Below are positions 12,023-26,395 of a stretch of 64,000 nt of DNA, piece by piece. The notes below the pieces were generated by a model that saw nothing but the letters and a program-made list of their open reading frames with translations, was not told where the DNA came from and did not search any database. Every line of letters starts with the position of its first letter. The stretch's first letter is position 1. The translations under genes and the position numbers were made by a program. Source of the DNA: Rhizaria sp. SCN 62-66 (lineage: Eukaryota); NCBI GenBank assembly GCA_001724265.1, contig MEDY01000078.1, positions 62,001-126,000 on the forward strand. Direction: 5' to 3'.

Positions 12023-13122
12023 TGCGCAGAATACACAGTCAGTTCCAAGGTCACGTCTTTAAAGTTCAAATATAAAATTCGTATTCTTAGGAGATAGTAG
12101 CTATGACTTTACTTCAGCTGACCACTCTACAGCGAACAGGAACAAAAAGAAAATGAGAAGGAGGGTCAATTTCGCGGTCAACAAAGCGCGCAAGGAAAGA
12201 CATTTTTTACAGTGGTGGTCGAATATCTGAAATAAAAAATATTGAAAACAAAGATTAAAAAGAACATGAATTAGGATAATTCTTGGATAACCACTTTAAC
12301 GATGGTTTCATATTATGTTCAACAGAAAGAAACAGTAGAAGATTTGTATTGAAGATTTGTATTGACGTCAATCGGCCCAATTCGCGACCCCCGTGTGATG
12401 CAGCTGGGGTACTGTACGAGTCACTGGTCATTGCAGTCTGTGATACTGGAGAGGCAGCAATGGAAGAGCGAAAGAGAGCAAGCAACCAGACAAATTGTCC
12501 TACAATGCTATGCCACCTGACACCCAAATCAAAAATCTCACTGATTGCACCCTACGATCACCATGTTGACCACTGGTGACACCAGGGGTCACAAGTCTAC
12601 AAATTGTCATCGCTGTGAACATGCGATGCAATATTCCTTACGCTCATCGCGGAGCTGGTTTCGTCGGGTTTTTGCTCTCTTCGGTTTAGGAACAAAACGT
12701 TTGTCGCCGGGTTTTCGTTTGTCAACTTGTAAAAGGATCTCTTTCTGATGTGAAACAGCTTGCTAATTTTGTGTTGTGCGTCTATTTGTGGTGAACATGA
12801 GCGAAATAATAGGAGGCGATGAGGTAAGATATTGGATTACGAAAAAACGAAATGATGCAGTTTACAACAGTGTTATTCCTGAGCTTTTGAAAGAATGAAT
12901 ATTAAGAGTACTCGCTTTAACAGCCATTAAAGTGCGTCTTAACCTAAGTAACGTATGTATCTCGCAACGGCAATTCGCCAAAAAAAAATCAATTAGACAA
13001 CAGAACCCTCTGTGGGATACAAACAAATACATATATATATGAAATGATCAAAAAAACACATTGGTAAAGTTTAAAATCAAAAAGGAAATCAGAGATAGTG
13101 ATAAAAAAACATTATCACCCAT

Positions 13123-14661
<1,539 letters not shown>

Positions 14662-16038
14662 CAAACTTTGCCATCAGAACGCCTGTTCGCGCTTAGTATA
14701 TCGCAGACAATCACTTCTTTGTTAGCCTTCTAAACGCTATCTATCTCGTCGTGACACAAATCAAATTCGGGTGAATCGGTCAGACTGATCGTTAATGCGT
14801 CTAAAGTGTGGCGCGGTGTTATTTATGTCAATATTTCTATATTATTCTATAATTACGTCTTCTGAAATTGGAAAGTCCTGTAAGGTAAGTCCGTTGCTCG
14901 CTAGTGAGTCGTCGGACTGCCCTGCTGAAGAGCTCAGCGGCCCAAGTCCCTTCTTCCCCCGATCCTAACTCTTTTGGGCATGTGTACGCTTGCTCAGTGG
15001 CGCTGGTTGTATAGAGCAAGGTTGGGGATGCCGTAAGTGCGATCGGGCCGCAACACAGCTCGCTGAGAGTAACCTGCTCGCAATTGACGAAGCGGTGCCG
15101 TCATGTTTTAAGTGTGTCAAGAGTAGCTCGTCACTGTGATGACTTGAAGACAAAGGTATCGGTAGTTGATGGCTTATCATTGGCTTGGACAGCGTCAAAT
15201 CGCATATAATCATCGATGATTCTGCTAACTTCCTCCTTGAAAAGTACGGCTCGCGAGTAAGAGTAACGAACGGGTCATTGTTGCTTGTTCGAATAACGAT
15301 TGTACAGTTTTGTGTGCGATGCACGACACGGCACAAGTACGAACCATGTTTGATACATCATATAATGGATAAATACCGCCGGGACCAAAGTGTAATCACA
15401 AAAAAAATGTATGACTAGCTGAATGTCATCTCTTACATTAATGATGCGAAACTGAACATACTGATCCAAAAAGAAAACACAAAGTTCGCACAAACAGAAA
15501 CATCCACCGAGATTTACTAACGTAAGCATCGTTAAGCATCGTGACTGGTTGCCGTAGTTGCCAACAATGAATGTAAGTTTAATGGGACAGATTGATCGTC
15601 AAGACGTCTGATACGTGATTCATTGGAAAGTGTATTAGTTTATTGCGATATACCCTTAATTATGCATTCTCTACTTGCCGACAATATCCTTTATTCTCCA
15701 GTCCCCGCAAGACAATCGCACTCTCCAATAGTTCGCGCAATATGTCTTCCTAGCGACAGCGCACAAGCACAAAACGACCTCACCGCGTCTTTTCTTTGTT
15801 TTTTCATTGAATCCCATCACATTTGTACTTATATCTCATTCGCCCTGTCGAACACCCCCTCTACTTCCCCGCTGCCCGTGCCGACTCCTTGTCCGTACAC
15901 AACCGTTCTTGCTACTTCCTTGCTACCTCAGCTCTTCTCCTCCTCGCCAAGCGTTGCCCTCCGAGCTCCTCTCTTGCCCTTACCTCGTCTTGCGCGCCCG
16001 CTTTCTTGCCCCAGCCCGCCGCCCCCGCCGCGCCCGCG

Positions 16039-18978
16039 ATGGCGTCCCGCCCCAAGCGCGCTCTCGACACCAGCTCCTGCGCCTCTGGCTCTGGCTCTGG
16101 CTCTGGCTTTGGCCTTGGCTCTATTGACCCCGCGGCCGACACCGCCGCGCCCGCACTCGTGTTTGTCTACAACGGCTTCCGCTTTGTTCTGCCGGGCTTC
16201 CACACCTTCAACGTTTTCGCCAAAGGCCGCTGGACCGAGCCTCGCCCCGCCGCAGCAACTACCAATATTGCCAAGGGTGCCACCAACAACAACAGCAACA
16301 GCAACAACAGCAACAACACGAATGCGCCGGTGCTTAATGCGCCTAATGCGACTGCGCCGTCGTACGCGCTGCTGCTGACCTCCGAGTTCCCTGCCTACTC
16401 CGCGGCCTACTTCGCGCGCGCCGCCGCCTCGGGCCGCGTGCTGGTCAACGGCGCCCAGCTCGAGCTTGCGGCCCCGGTGCGTCCCGGCGAGCTGTTGACC
16501 CACCGCGCCCACCAGCACGAGCCACCCGTGCCGGCCGCGGCGCCCGCGTTGCTGCACGTGTCGCCGCGCGCGGTCGTGGTCGGCAAGCCCGCTGGCGTGG
16601 TCACACACGCCACTGCGGGGCTCATCCACAACACTCTGATTCGCTCACTGCAGGACCTGTTTGCCGCCCAGCCCGGACTGCTGCCGCCCGCGCCCGCGAA
16701 CGCCGGGGCCCCGCAACAGCAACAGCATAACCAGAACCATAACGCGCACCTGCAACAGAGGCAGATGCAAGCGCAGGCGCAACAGGCTCAGGCTCAGGCT
16801 CAGGCGCAGAGTCAGGCGCTGAGTCAGGCTCAGACTGAGACTCAGACAGAGAGTCAGGCTGAGGGTCAGGACAAGTCTTCCGAGCCTGAGACGAAGGCTG
16901 ACGCTACGAATGAGACTGGGAGTCCTGCGGTTGACTCTAGCTCCCCGTCTAAGTACCCCCTTAGACTGAGCTACGAGACGGTCAAGTTTCCTTACACGCC
17001 GCCCCAGCCCCCCAGCGGCACTGTCCTCATCTCCGGCCTCCCCCTGCCCAGCGCGAGTGCAAGTGCGGGTGCCACCGGGAGCCACACCGCTGCTGCGCAG
17101 CTGGCTCTGCTGCCAGCGCACCGGCTGGACCGCGCCACGAGCGGCGTGCTGGCCTTCGCGCGCGACCCCGTGGCGGCGACGGCGCTCACGGCGCTCTTCG
17201 CCGAGAAGTCGGACACGGCCAGCAACAACACCGTGCAGGGCAGCCTCAACAGCAACAGTGGCGGCGGCAACAAAAACAACAACAACAACAACTCGAATAA
17301 CAACAAGAAAGGGAACAACAACAGCAACAACAATAATAACGGTGCTGTGACGACTAAGAGTGGTAATATTGAAGACGATGACGCTGCCGAGTGCGGCGCC
17401 GGCACCGAGAGGTTCCGAAGTGAAGCCTCGTCCGACTCGTTCTACCACTCGCCGCCCCCCTTAGACGGCTCGGGCGTCTGCGAAACGGGCACTTACACCC
17501 CCGATGCATCTGTAAATGTGGGTGAGAAGTATGTCCGCAAGAGCTACTTAGCGCGCGTCAAGGGCCGCTTCCCTCGAAGTCAAGCCGCGTCGGGTCTGCT
17601 TCCCTGTGGACACCCCCCGCTCACGGTCACCAGCAAATCCAGCCCCAACAGCAACAGCAACAGCAACAGCAGCGCTGCGGACGCTAAGAGCCCGAACGCA
17701 GTGAGCCCTGTGGGGGAGTGGGTGCTGGTTCGTGTGCCGCTGCGCAGTGTCGGCGGCAAGAAGTCCTTCCACGCTGTGCCGCTGCCGCAAAAGCGCGCCT
17801 TCCTCGCGCACATCAAGAAGCAACGGCAGCAACAGCAGCAGCATCAGCAGCAGCAGCAGCTTGACGGTAACGGTGACGCCAGCGAGAGCGCCGCCCCCGC
17901 GGACTGCGTGCTGTGCAGCCGGAGTTCGAGCAACAATAGCAACGGCAGCAACAGCAGCCTCAACGGCTGGCCGGCGCTGGCGCCGCTGCCCGCCGGCCCT
18001 TGCAGCCCGCTGCCCACCGCGGCCGCCCATGACAGCGTAGGCTCGAACGGTAGAACGACCAGTAGCACAGTAGCTGCGCTGCCGTGGGCCAAGGACCTCT
18101 CCTGGGAGGCCCCCACGGACGGCGGCGGCGCCAGCGCCTGGCCGGTCGCCCGTGAGGCGCTGTCAGCCTTCCGCGTGCTGCGCTACGACCCCCCACGGCC
18201 GCAGCCACAATCGCATATCAGCGCGGGCGAAAGCGCTAGCGCTAGCGCGAGTGCGGGTGATTGTGAGTGTGAGTGCGAGAGTGCAAGTGTCTGCGAGTGC
18301 CGCGGCTCGAGCCTGGTCGAGTGCGTGCCGCTGACGGGCCGCACGCACCAGCTGCGCGTGCACCTCTGGTGGTTAGGGATGCCAATCGCCAACGACCCGG
18401 CTTACGGGGGGCTGGCCTCGATCCGGGACCGCGCGCCCGCGATTGTCAACGCGCCCTGGCCCACGAGTGCCGGTACACGTGACGGCGCTCGCGACAGTAC
18501 TTGTGGCAGTACTCATGCTCATAACTACGGTATCAGTGAAGAGGAGGCTGCGCTGGAAGCTGCAACGGTGGCCTCTGTTGCTGTTGGTAAGGAACCCGCG
18601 GCTGCTGAGTTCGCGGCGCGCGTGCTGGCGTCCGTGCCGCGCGGCGCGATTGCCCGTAGTGACGAGGCAGAGGCCCCTAGTGACGAGGCGGGGGGCTTCT
18701 GGGCCCCGCTGGCGTGCGACGGCGAAACGCTGCAGCAGTGGCACAGGGGCGCCGCGTGTGAGCTTGCGCGTGCCGCCGTCGCCGTCGTCACCAGTGCCGC
18801 CATCGATAACAACAGCAACGCACAGCAGCAGCAGCAGCAGCAGCTGGGTACTGATGGCGACGGCAGCGAAGGTACGCATGAGGGAACTGGTGACTGCGGG
18901 CTACCGTGGTGCCCGCAATGTGTCAAGTTCATCCGTTCTCGCAACCTCGACAAAACCCCCGACGATAATAACAATACC

Positions 18979-19042
<64 letters not shown>

Positions 19043-19503
19043 CCAGCGACGGTAACAGCGATGCAAGCACTCGCGACCCAGCTGTCGTAAGCAGCAGTAT
19101 CAACGCCGCCAACACATGCGTCAACCGCACCGCCGACGCCGACGACGCGGCGCACGCGCGGTTGGTGCAGGCGAGCGTGGGCGCCGTAGGCCACACGTAT
19201 CGCATCTGGCTCCACGCCTGGCGCCTCCGCGCGCGCACGGTGCTACCGCCGGTGTGGGCCGCGGGCAAGGCGGCGAAGCGCGTGCTGCCCGGCGAGGGAG
19301 ACCCCTTCGCCATCGACGTCGCCGCGCCTGCGCCGGAGTGGGCGCAGGACGGGTTCGACGCGCAAGCGTGGCTTGGCGAGACGGTGCTGAGCAAGCCCAG
19401 GCCCTACCCCTTCGTGTGGGCCGCGAACGCTGCCGCTGCCGCTGTGGAGGCGTCCGTCACCGCTGAGGCGACGGTTGCTACGGAAGGTGAAAATTCGCTG
19501 TAA
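16039..19503 (+). CDS. RluA-family pseudouridine synthase with S4-like region, expanded by low-complexity insertions (about 1154 aa)
   Basis: Motifs in order: [17 protein letters not shown] (catalytic Asp), [40 protein letters not shown] at 16039 at the GC transition; stop TAA. Confidence 0.9.
16947..16966. repeat. 20-bp hairpin element GTCTAAG-TACCCC-CTTAGAC
   Basis: Perfect 7-bp inverted arms; reverse complement of the copy at 40398-40417. Confidence 0.8.
18978..19042. repeat. (AAC)n microsatellite encoding poly-N
   Basis: AAC run inside the pseudouridine synthase ORF. Confidence 0.9.
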
Positions 19504-19947
19504 TCACGCATTAGTAAGATTATTTATATTAATATCAGTGTAATATATTGCAATAAACACTATATAGCGTGTTTTCAGTTTGATGTCGCAATTTACGAAA
19601 GAAATCACTTGAAAATGTAGAATTTCCTACGATCCGCTGAGTGACACCTGTGCGGCGCGCGATCGAGGCTTGGGAGAAGTAAGGAGAAAACAGCCCTCTA
19701 ATGAGACCTTAGAAATGCAACATGAGTCCATTGAACCGATGTGTCTGCCTTTGATCGGAATTTTATACATGATATCAATCTTATTTCCAATTTGTCTGCA
19801 TCTGAAACGGTGCTTCTTCACCCACATATCCTGCTTCTTATCTCCCCTCCCTTCTTGCCTTCGCCTAACCTCGCTCCTCGCCACTTCCGTGTCCCGCTAC
19901 GTCCCCTCCATAGCCTCAGTGCAGCCTTCTGCCCCGACTCCCGCGTG

Positions 19948-22712
19948 ATGTCGTCCGTGCTGAAGCGCTGGCGCCGCCGCCTGAAGCAGTCCGCGTCCTC
20001 GACGCCCGCGGACACGGCCGAGGACGACTCGGAGTTCACCGAGGCTTTGCGCCGCTTCCAGGACACCGAGGCCGCACTCGCGAGCTTCGTCGCCAACCTC
20101 GAGATCTACTCGCGCGCGCTCTCTGACCTCGCGTCCTCGCAGCTGGGCCTTGCGACCGGTCTACTGTCTTTCTGCGACAGCGACGACGCGCACCGGCCCC
20201 CGCTGGAGGCGTACCAGACCGCGATGCGGGACGCGGCCCTGCAGGCGCGCGCGGCGCGCGACACGTCCGACTCGCGCTTGCTGCAGCCGCTGCGCGGGCA
20301 CCTTTCGCGCGCGGCCGAGGCGCGCGACGTGGTGGAGAAGCGCGCCCGTAAGCGCGGCGACGTCGACTACTACATCGCGCGCGTAGCCGAGGTCCGCGCC
20401 AAGAGCAGGGTCACCGACGCCGAGGTGCAGCACGTCGAGGAAAAGCTGGCCGCCGCGCGCCACGTCTGCGGCGTCATCACGGCCTCGCTGCTCGACTGGT
20501 TTGCCACGGTTGACTCGCTCACGCAGCGGCTCACCTGCAAGTCCGCGACTGAGGCGCTCTTAGGCCCGCAGGTATGTGCCAGAAACCAACATGCAAACAA
20601 ATGCAATCTCAAAAAACAGAGTTGCTTCTTTGAGTCTGATGGACCACAATTAGATTCAGATGACTTATAACTCCTCTAGGCTACTCATTTGGTCAATGTA
20701 TATCTGTTTATGCCATTTTATTCTTATAAACTCACATCAACTATCACCTAAACTCAATCATGCAACTGTTTTTCTTCAGGCGAACATGTACGCCTCCACA
20801 GCACAGGCCCTCGCGGCTGTGGCGCCCCCCTGGCAGTCCGCCGGCGGCGCCGCGGCCCGCGCGGCCGCCGCCGAGGGCCAGGACTGGGCGCTTGGCTGGC
20901 GCGAACTGGATGCCGCGGCGACGTACCACCAGTTCAAGCAGGGCGTGCTGCACGACTACCAGGGTCCCGCCGCCCTCACGGGTTCCACGGGGACCGTCAC
21001 CGGAACACCTGGCCAGATCTCGGGCCCGTACACCAGCGTCCCCGCGCCCGCTGCCGCCGCCGCCGCCGCGACTGCTGGGGGCAACATGGTCAACGCGGGG
21101 GCCTACGGCGCCGCGGGGGCGGGGGCCGCAGCGCCGCCGCTGCCGCCGACGGCGCGCCCGCCCCTGGTGACCGCGAACGTGGGTGCGGGTGGTGCGCCTG
21201 CGCTGCCCTCGGCGGCGGCGCCGAAACCCGCCAGCACGTCCGGCGTCGCCAACTTCAACAACAACAACAATGCCGCGACTGCCGCTGCTGTTGGCGCTGG
21301 CGCTGGCGTTGGCAACCAGTACGGCCCGTTGACGCTGAGCGGGTATGCTTTGCAGTTCCCCGTGTCGTCCTTCTCCGCCTCGGCCGTGCTCGCCGCCTCC
21401 ACCTCCTCCGCCGCAGTCTCCAGTGGTGCTGCTGGCGGTGGCGGCAGCGGCGGTGGGGGGCTGAGCGGGGGTAAGTATGGCCGCACGGTCCTCTCAGCCG
21501 CCGGCTTCGCGAACCTCCACCGTAGCCTCACCCCCGCTGCCTTCTCACAGTCTCGCGCACCCGGTGCGGCCCCCTCTGGTCCCGCGGGTTCCGCGGGCTA
21601 CCCCTCTGGAGGGCTACGCACGTGGGACGCCGCGACGTGCGCGCCTATCGTGCCCAAGTCGTACCGCTTCTCGCTCATCAGCGCGCAGCCCCTCGTTCCG
21701 GCCGCCGCGCTCGCCTCCCTGACGGGCGCCGACGCTACCACCGCCAGAGCCTCCGCGGCCGCCGCCGCTTCCGCCACGGCCGCGAGCGGTAATGGCAGCG
21801 CGGCCGTGAACAACAACCCTGCTGCGGCGGCGGCGGCGGCGGCGCGCGCGGCGACGGCGGCCGCTGCCCTCTCGCCCCAGGCCTTTTACGACTCGGACTC
21901 GGACTCGGACTCCGAATCCCCGCCTTCAGCCCCCGCCCCCGCTGCCACTGCGCCTGTCCCTGCTGCTGCTGCTGCGCCGCTGTCCCTGGCGCCGCAGACG
22001 CTACAGGCGACGCCCAGCTTCAACAGCACGGCGAGCAGTGCCGCTAGCATCAACGCCGCAGTGGCGGCAAGCTCGCCCGCCTACGGGACCGGCGCCAGTG
22101 CGAATGCGATGCCCGCCCCCGGCGCCGCCAAGCCGCCGCCGCCGCCGCCTCCGCCGCCGCCGCTGCCGCCTGCTGCTGCCGCGTGGCACGGCGCGCCCGG
22201 TTCGCTGCCCGCCGCGCCGCACCCCGCCGCGGTGGCTCTTGTAGCGGCGCAGACCTCGATGCACGCCGGACATGCAGGCTACCCCGGTCACGCCGGAGGC
22301 ATGCCGCCGCCGCGGCCGCCGCCGCCGCCCTTGACAGCCCCTTACAGCACTATGAACGGTGGCGGCGGCGGTGTTGCGGGGCTGCAAATCCAGGTCGGCG
22401 CCGGCGCCGTGAAGCCTCCTGCCTTCACGCCGAGCCCTCTTAGCCCGGCCGCCAACGCCAACGCCAGCGCGAACGTGAGCTCTGGAGCCGCGTCGCCGCG
22501 CCCGCGCCCCGCGCTGCCGCCTGTCCCAGCCCCGACTCTCGCGCTCGCGGCCAATGCTAACGCCAGTGTGAGTGGCTTTGCGGGTGCGACAGCGGTGCCA
22601 GCGACGATCATGCGGCCGCTGCCGCTGCGGCCCGGTCCGGGCGCTGTGAAGCTGCCGCCGCCGCCGCCGCTGCCGCCGCCGCCACACCTGCAACAGCAGC
22701 AGCAGCACCACC

Positions 22713-22743
<31 letters not shown>

Positions 22744-22778
22744 GCAGCAGGGGCATCTACAACAGCAGACGTCACCCT

Positions 22779-22824
<46 letters not shown>

Positions 22825-23080
22825 TGCTGCTGCTGCCGCTGCTGCCGCTGCTGCTCGTGTCACCCCAGTGGCTGCGGCGGGCGCCGGTGCGGGCGAGTTC
22901 GTGCGCGTGCTGCACGCGTACGCGCCCCAGCGCGACACGGAGCTGGCGCTGGCGCCCGGAGACGTGGTGCTGGTGCGCAAGACCTACGCCACCGGGTGGG
23001 GCTATGGCGTCACGGCAGCGGGCGCGCAGGGCATCTTTCCTCTGGCCTACGCCGTGCCCTGCGCGGCGCCGGACAACTGA
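19948..23080 (+). CDS. BAR-domain protein with Ala/Pro-rich linker and C-terminal SH3 domain (amphiphysin/Rvs167-like)
   Basis: Exons 19948-20571 and 20780-23080. N-terminal helical region DDSEFTEALRRFQ...KRARKRGDVDYY. C-terminal VRVLHAYAPQRDTELALAPGDVVLV...GWGYG...GIFPLAY. Stop TGA. Confidence 0.85.
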
Positions 23081-23596
23081 TGGGACGACGGGGTCGGGGC
23101 CGCGCCAGCTCAGCGGAAGCAAAGCTGAGGCAAGAATGAGGATGCTGCTCGAAAGCAGAAAGCAAATAACGAGGAGAGGAAGTCTAGGTCGAAGTCAAGT
23201 GAAGTAAAGCGAATTTTGTGAAGCTAATAAAGCTCGATGTAGTTCATTCATTACGACGACGTCCCATTCAGGGTTGAAAGTATTCTTCTTTTTTGGTTTT
23301 GTATTTAGTTTTTGTTTGATAGTTTAGTGTTTGTGTTTGTTTTTGTGTTATAAATTTGTTTAGCTCTGGCTTCTACGTGTCTACGTGCATAAACACTCAC
23401 TGTGACGAAGTGACAATTAAAGCGTTACGAGTGCTGCCTCCAAACTCACTGCATCGAAGCACTGACTTGCATGTAAAGCACTTACTCGTCGTCGCACCCC
23501 GTGCACACGTTACACTGAGTACGCGTGTACTTACATGAGTACTTACATGGACATGCTCTAAGTACTCTGGGCGAGAGAGGTGCTTCCTCGACTCGC

Positions 23597-24647
23597 TTAC
23601 TCGGCGTAGTTGTTCTTGGCCTTGGGCGGTGCGGGGAGCTTGCAGCCGTAGAACTTGGTGAACTTCTGCGTCATCGCCGCGTTGGGCTTCGCAATGCCGC
23701 GCTCGAACTCGCCGTAGACCTGGGGGAGGAGGCGAGAGAGCAAGGCAAACAAAAGGGATGGAGGCGGAGGGAGCAAAAGTAAATGAGAGATGTGAGTAAA
23801 CGTGTAAAAGGAAACAAAGTACAAACGCCCAGGTTTCAACGCACAGCATAGTTATAATAATCATGAGTGCGAATAGAGCAGCAGTTTTATCCGCGAATTG
23901 CGTCGCCCGTACCTTGGCGTTGACGCCCATGGCCTTGGCGGCGTCGACGAGCTTGAGGTTCTTGGCGACGCGGGCGGCGGTGAGCGCCTGGCCGTAGGCG
24001 TGACCCACGGTCTGGACGTGGAACGACGTGGGCTGCGCGTCGTTCAGGTGGCCCATGCCGAAGCTGCTCGCAGAGCCGCCCGCGGCGGGACGCGCGCCTG
24101 CGCCGCCCATGCCCGAGGGGCGGTTGGCGGGGGCGCCGGAGCCGGAGCCGGCGGGGCGAGGGCCGCTGTAGGTGCGGTCAAATTAAGCGGGAAAGTAGAT
24201 GAGAGAAAGACAGAAGAAAAGAAGAAAGTAATATTTGAGATAGGTTATGAGTTGATATTCGCGTAATTCGTAGAGATGTGAGGGGGTAAGGGGATTTTCG
24301 AGCGCTGGAGGCTATACAAAGAAAAGGAGGAAGCTACCGTGGCTGCCGTTGAATGACCACGTTTGCATGTGACTTCAGGAGACAATCTTAAAGGCGCATT
24401 GTGGGGAGATAAAGCGCGCTCGTAGAAAGATCTCACAAGATGCATGCGTGAAAGCTGTGATAGATTCCCGAACAACGCGACTGTGAAGCGTGACACGCGG
24501 GGAAACGCGGATCAACGGCCCGAAGATCTCGAAGCTGTGGACAAAACTTTGCAGATAAGAATTACGCTATAAATGAACTTATACGTACCCGCCAGCTCCA
24601 GGCTTACGAAGAACGGTAGGCTCCCAATCCTGGTGGTTATAACTCAT
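23597..24647 (-). CDS. MBF1: Multiprotein bridging factor 1-like HTH protein (144 aa)
   Basis: Exons 24647-24589, 24165-23913, 23719-23597. N-terminal HQDWEPTVLRK; HTH region ARVAKNLKLVDAAKAMGVNAKVYGEFERGIAKPN. Stop TAA. Confidence 0.85.
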
Positions 24648-25315
24648 GTTGTTTCGTCGATCGATTGCTCGAGATGAACGCAAAACAGAAGCCGACAGCA
24701 GCACGTGATGGTCCGACTGGCGAGCCGAAGCCGATCGTCCGCAACCACGAATCGTTTTTTGGCGGTGAAAACGACACGTGGCTGTAAATGTTTTGAGTTG
24801 CATATGTGTCACTAACGAGTACTTAGAGATAAATATTCAAATTCCAAGCGCCGCAAACATTGTTTTACTAGATTTACGCTATTCTATTTGCATATCTTCC
24901 CCAAATAGGATTTTATTCTTTGCTCTCTGAGTTTCGGCGATCGAAAAAATGTAGCTAAAAATATTTTTAAAACAGCAAGTGGAGGATTTTTTCTTTGAAG
25001 ATCATTAATAACAGTTTTATTGAGAATAAAAAACCTTGATTGATGTTATATCGGAGAAGATCTTTCAGAGACCATGATATTACGACAAAAATCTCTATCA
25101 AAGATCCGGACTACGTGTGACTGGCTGTCAGTCGTGGCGACAAGAGCAAGACCCAGGAGAGCCCGACTCCAGCTTCAAATCGGATATCGCTCAATCTTCC
25201 GTCATAAGAGCAGCCGCAAAGAGACCCTGTATACAACACCTCAACATTATAACCCTGCTAATTAATCGCTTGATCTCCTTGTTTTGCGTGCGTATCGCCC
25301 CCTGCAGAGTCCGCG

Positions 25316-25839
25316 ATGTCGAACCGTGGTTCATCCCGGTGGCTGCGCTCCCTACGCCACGCCTTCGCGGAGACGCCCACGTGGGTGAAAGTCACCGCCG
25401 CCGCCGCTGCCACACTTTTTGTCGTTACTACGTACTTTATGGACGACTCGCGCAGTCCCAATGGCGGCGGCGGCGACGGCGGCGAGAGGGACGTGTACGC
25501 CAACCAGCCCGCGCGCGGCATGTTCGCCCCGCCGAAGCGCGCTGCAACGGGGCCCGACGGGCGCCCGCTGCCGCCCGACCAGTGGCCGCGCACGGCCGAC
25601 GGCCGCCGCATTTTCCAGGCGACTCACGAGTGGCAGGAAGTGCCGGACGACTGCGTCGTGCCTCCGGGGCTGCACGTCGAGATGAACATGCAAACCAGTA
25701 CGTTTGAGACCTTCACAGTCGCATTTCACGTTTTCTTTATTCTATACTATGGGTATCATCTAACCTTGTGCCTCGCTGTGCTTTTGTTTCTTTTTCTTTT
25801 GTTATCGTAGAGAAACGCATGGCTAAGCTCTTGGATTGA
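25316..25839 (+). CDS. Small (136 aa) single-TM protein ending in a SIL1 N-terminal-like motif
   Basis: Exons 25316-25697 and 25811-25839. Hydrophobic WVKVTAAAAATLFVVTTYFM; C-terminal IFQATHEWQEVPDDCVVPPGLHVEMNMQTKKRMAKLLD-TGA. Confidence 0.7.
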
Positions 25840-26395
25840 ACTCGTAGTTCAAACTGACAATGATATTTACAACACTCTGCCATATCATGTTATTTAAGCC
25901 GAAATGCGGCATGTGGCCATTTGCGCATGCATTGAAGCAACATCTGGCGGATGGTTTAGCCTCTCTAATCACATCGATGCACGCTCAGGCACTCGCTGAT
26001 TAGACCCGCTCTTCAATGAATCATTCCGCTTTGTTTTCACTCGTTATCTAGTTATCCGATGGAATACACATATTTATCACGTTGACAACTCTTACACAGT
26101 GTATTAATACTAAAAAGAGCGAACCTCAAGTTAAACACGCGTCGTCCAGGCCTGTCTAATACTCACACATACACGTTGATACGTATTGCGCTTCAGCGCT
26201 CAAATGTTTTAATTCCGCCAAACAGTCTGAAACTTGAACATGTCCCAAATAGATAGCAAACAAGGAATACTATGAATAAGATATAAAATCAGAGTAATGA
26301 TAAGTAACGAATCCCCGCTGGCCACACATGGACGTCACCGTTGTACGCTGAGGTGAAAGGCCCCAAACGAAGACTTTGCCCCTCGTTAGTCGCAC

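Noticed and set aside
14837-15529. Short intergenic ORFs of intermediate GC
   Set aside because: No motif, splice structure or codon bias I could support; a decayed fragment cannot be excluded.
15823-16038. ORF-track N-terminal extensions starting at TTG/GTG (also 19741, 42445, 53762) or an upstream ATG in AT-rich DNA (57892)
   Set aside because: They lie in AT- or pyrimidine-rich UTR or intron-like sequence; the first ATG at the GC transition is the more plausible start.
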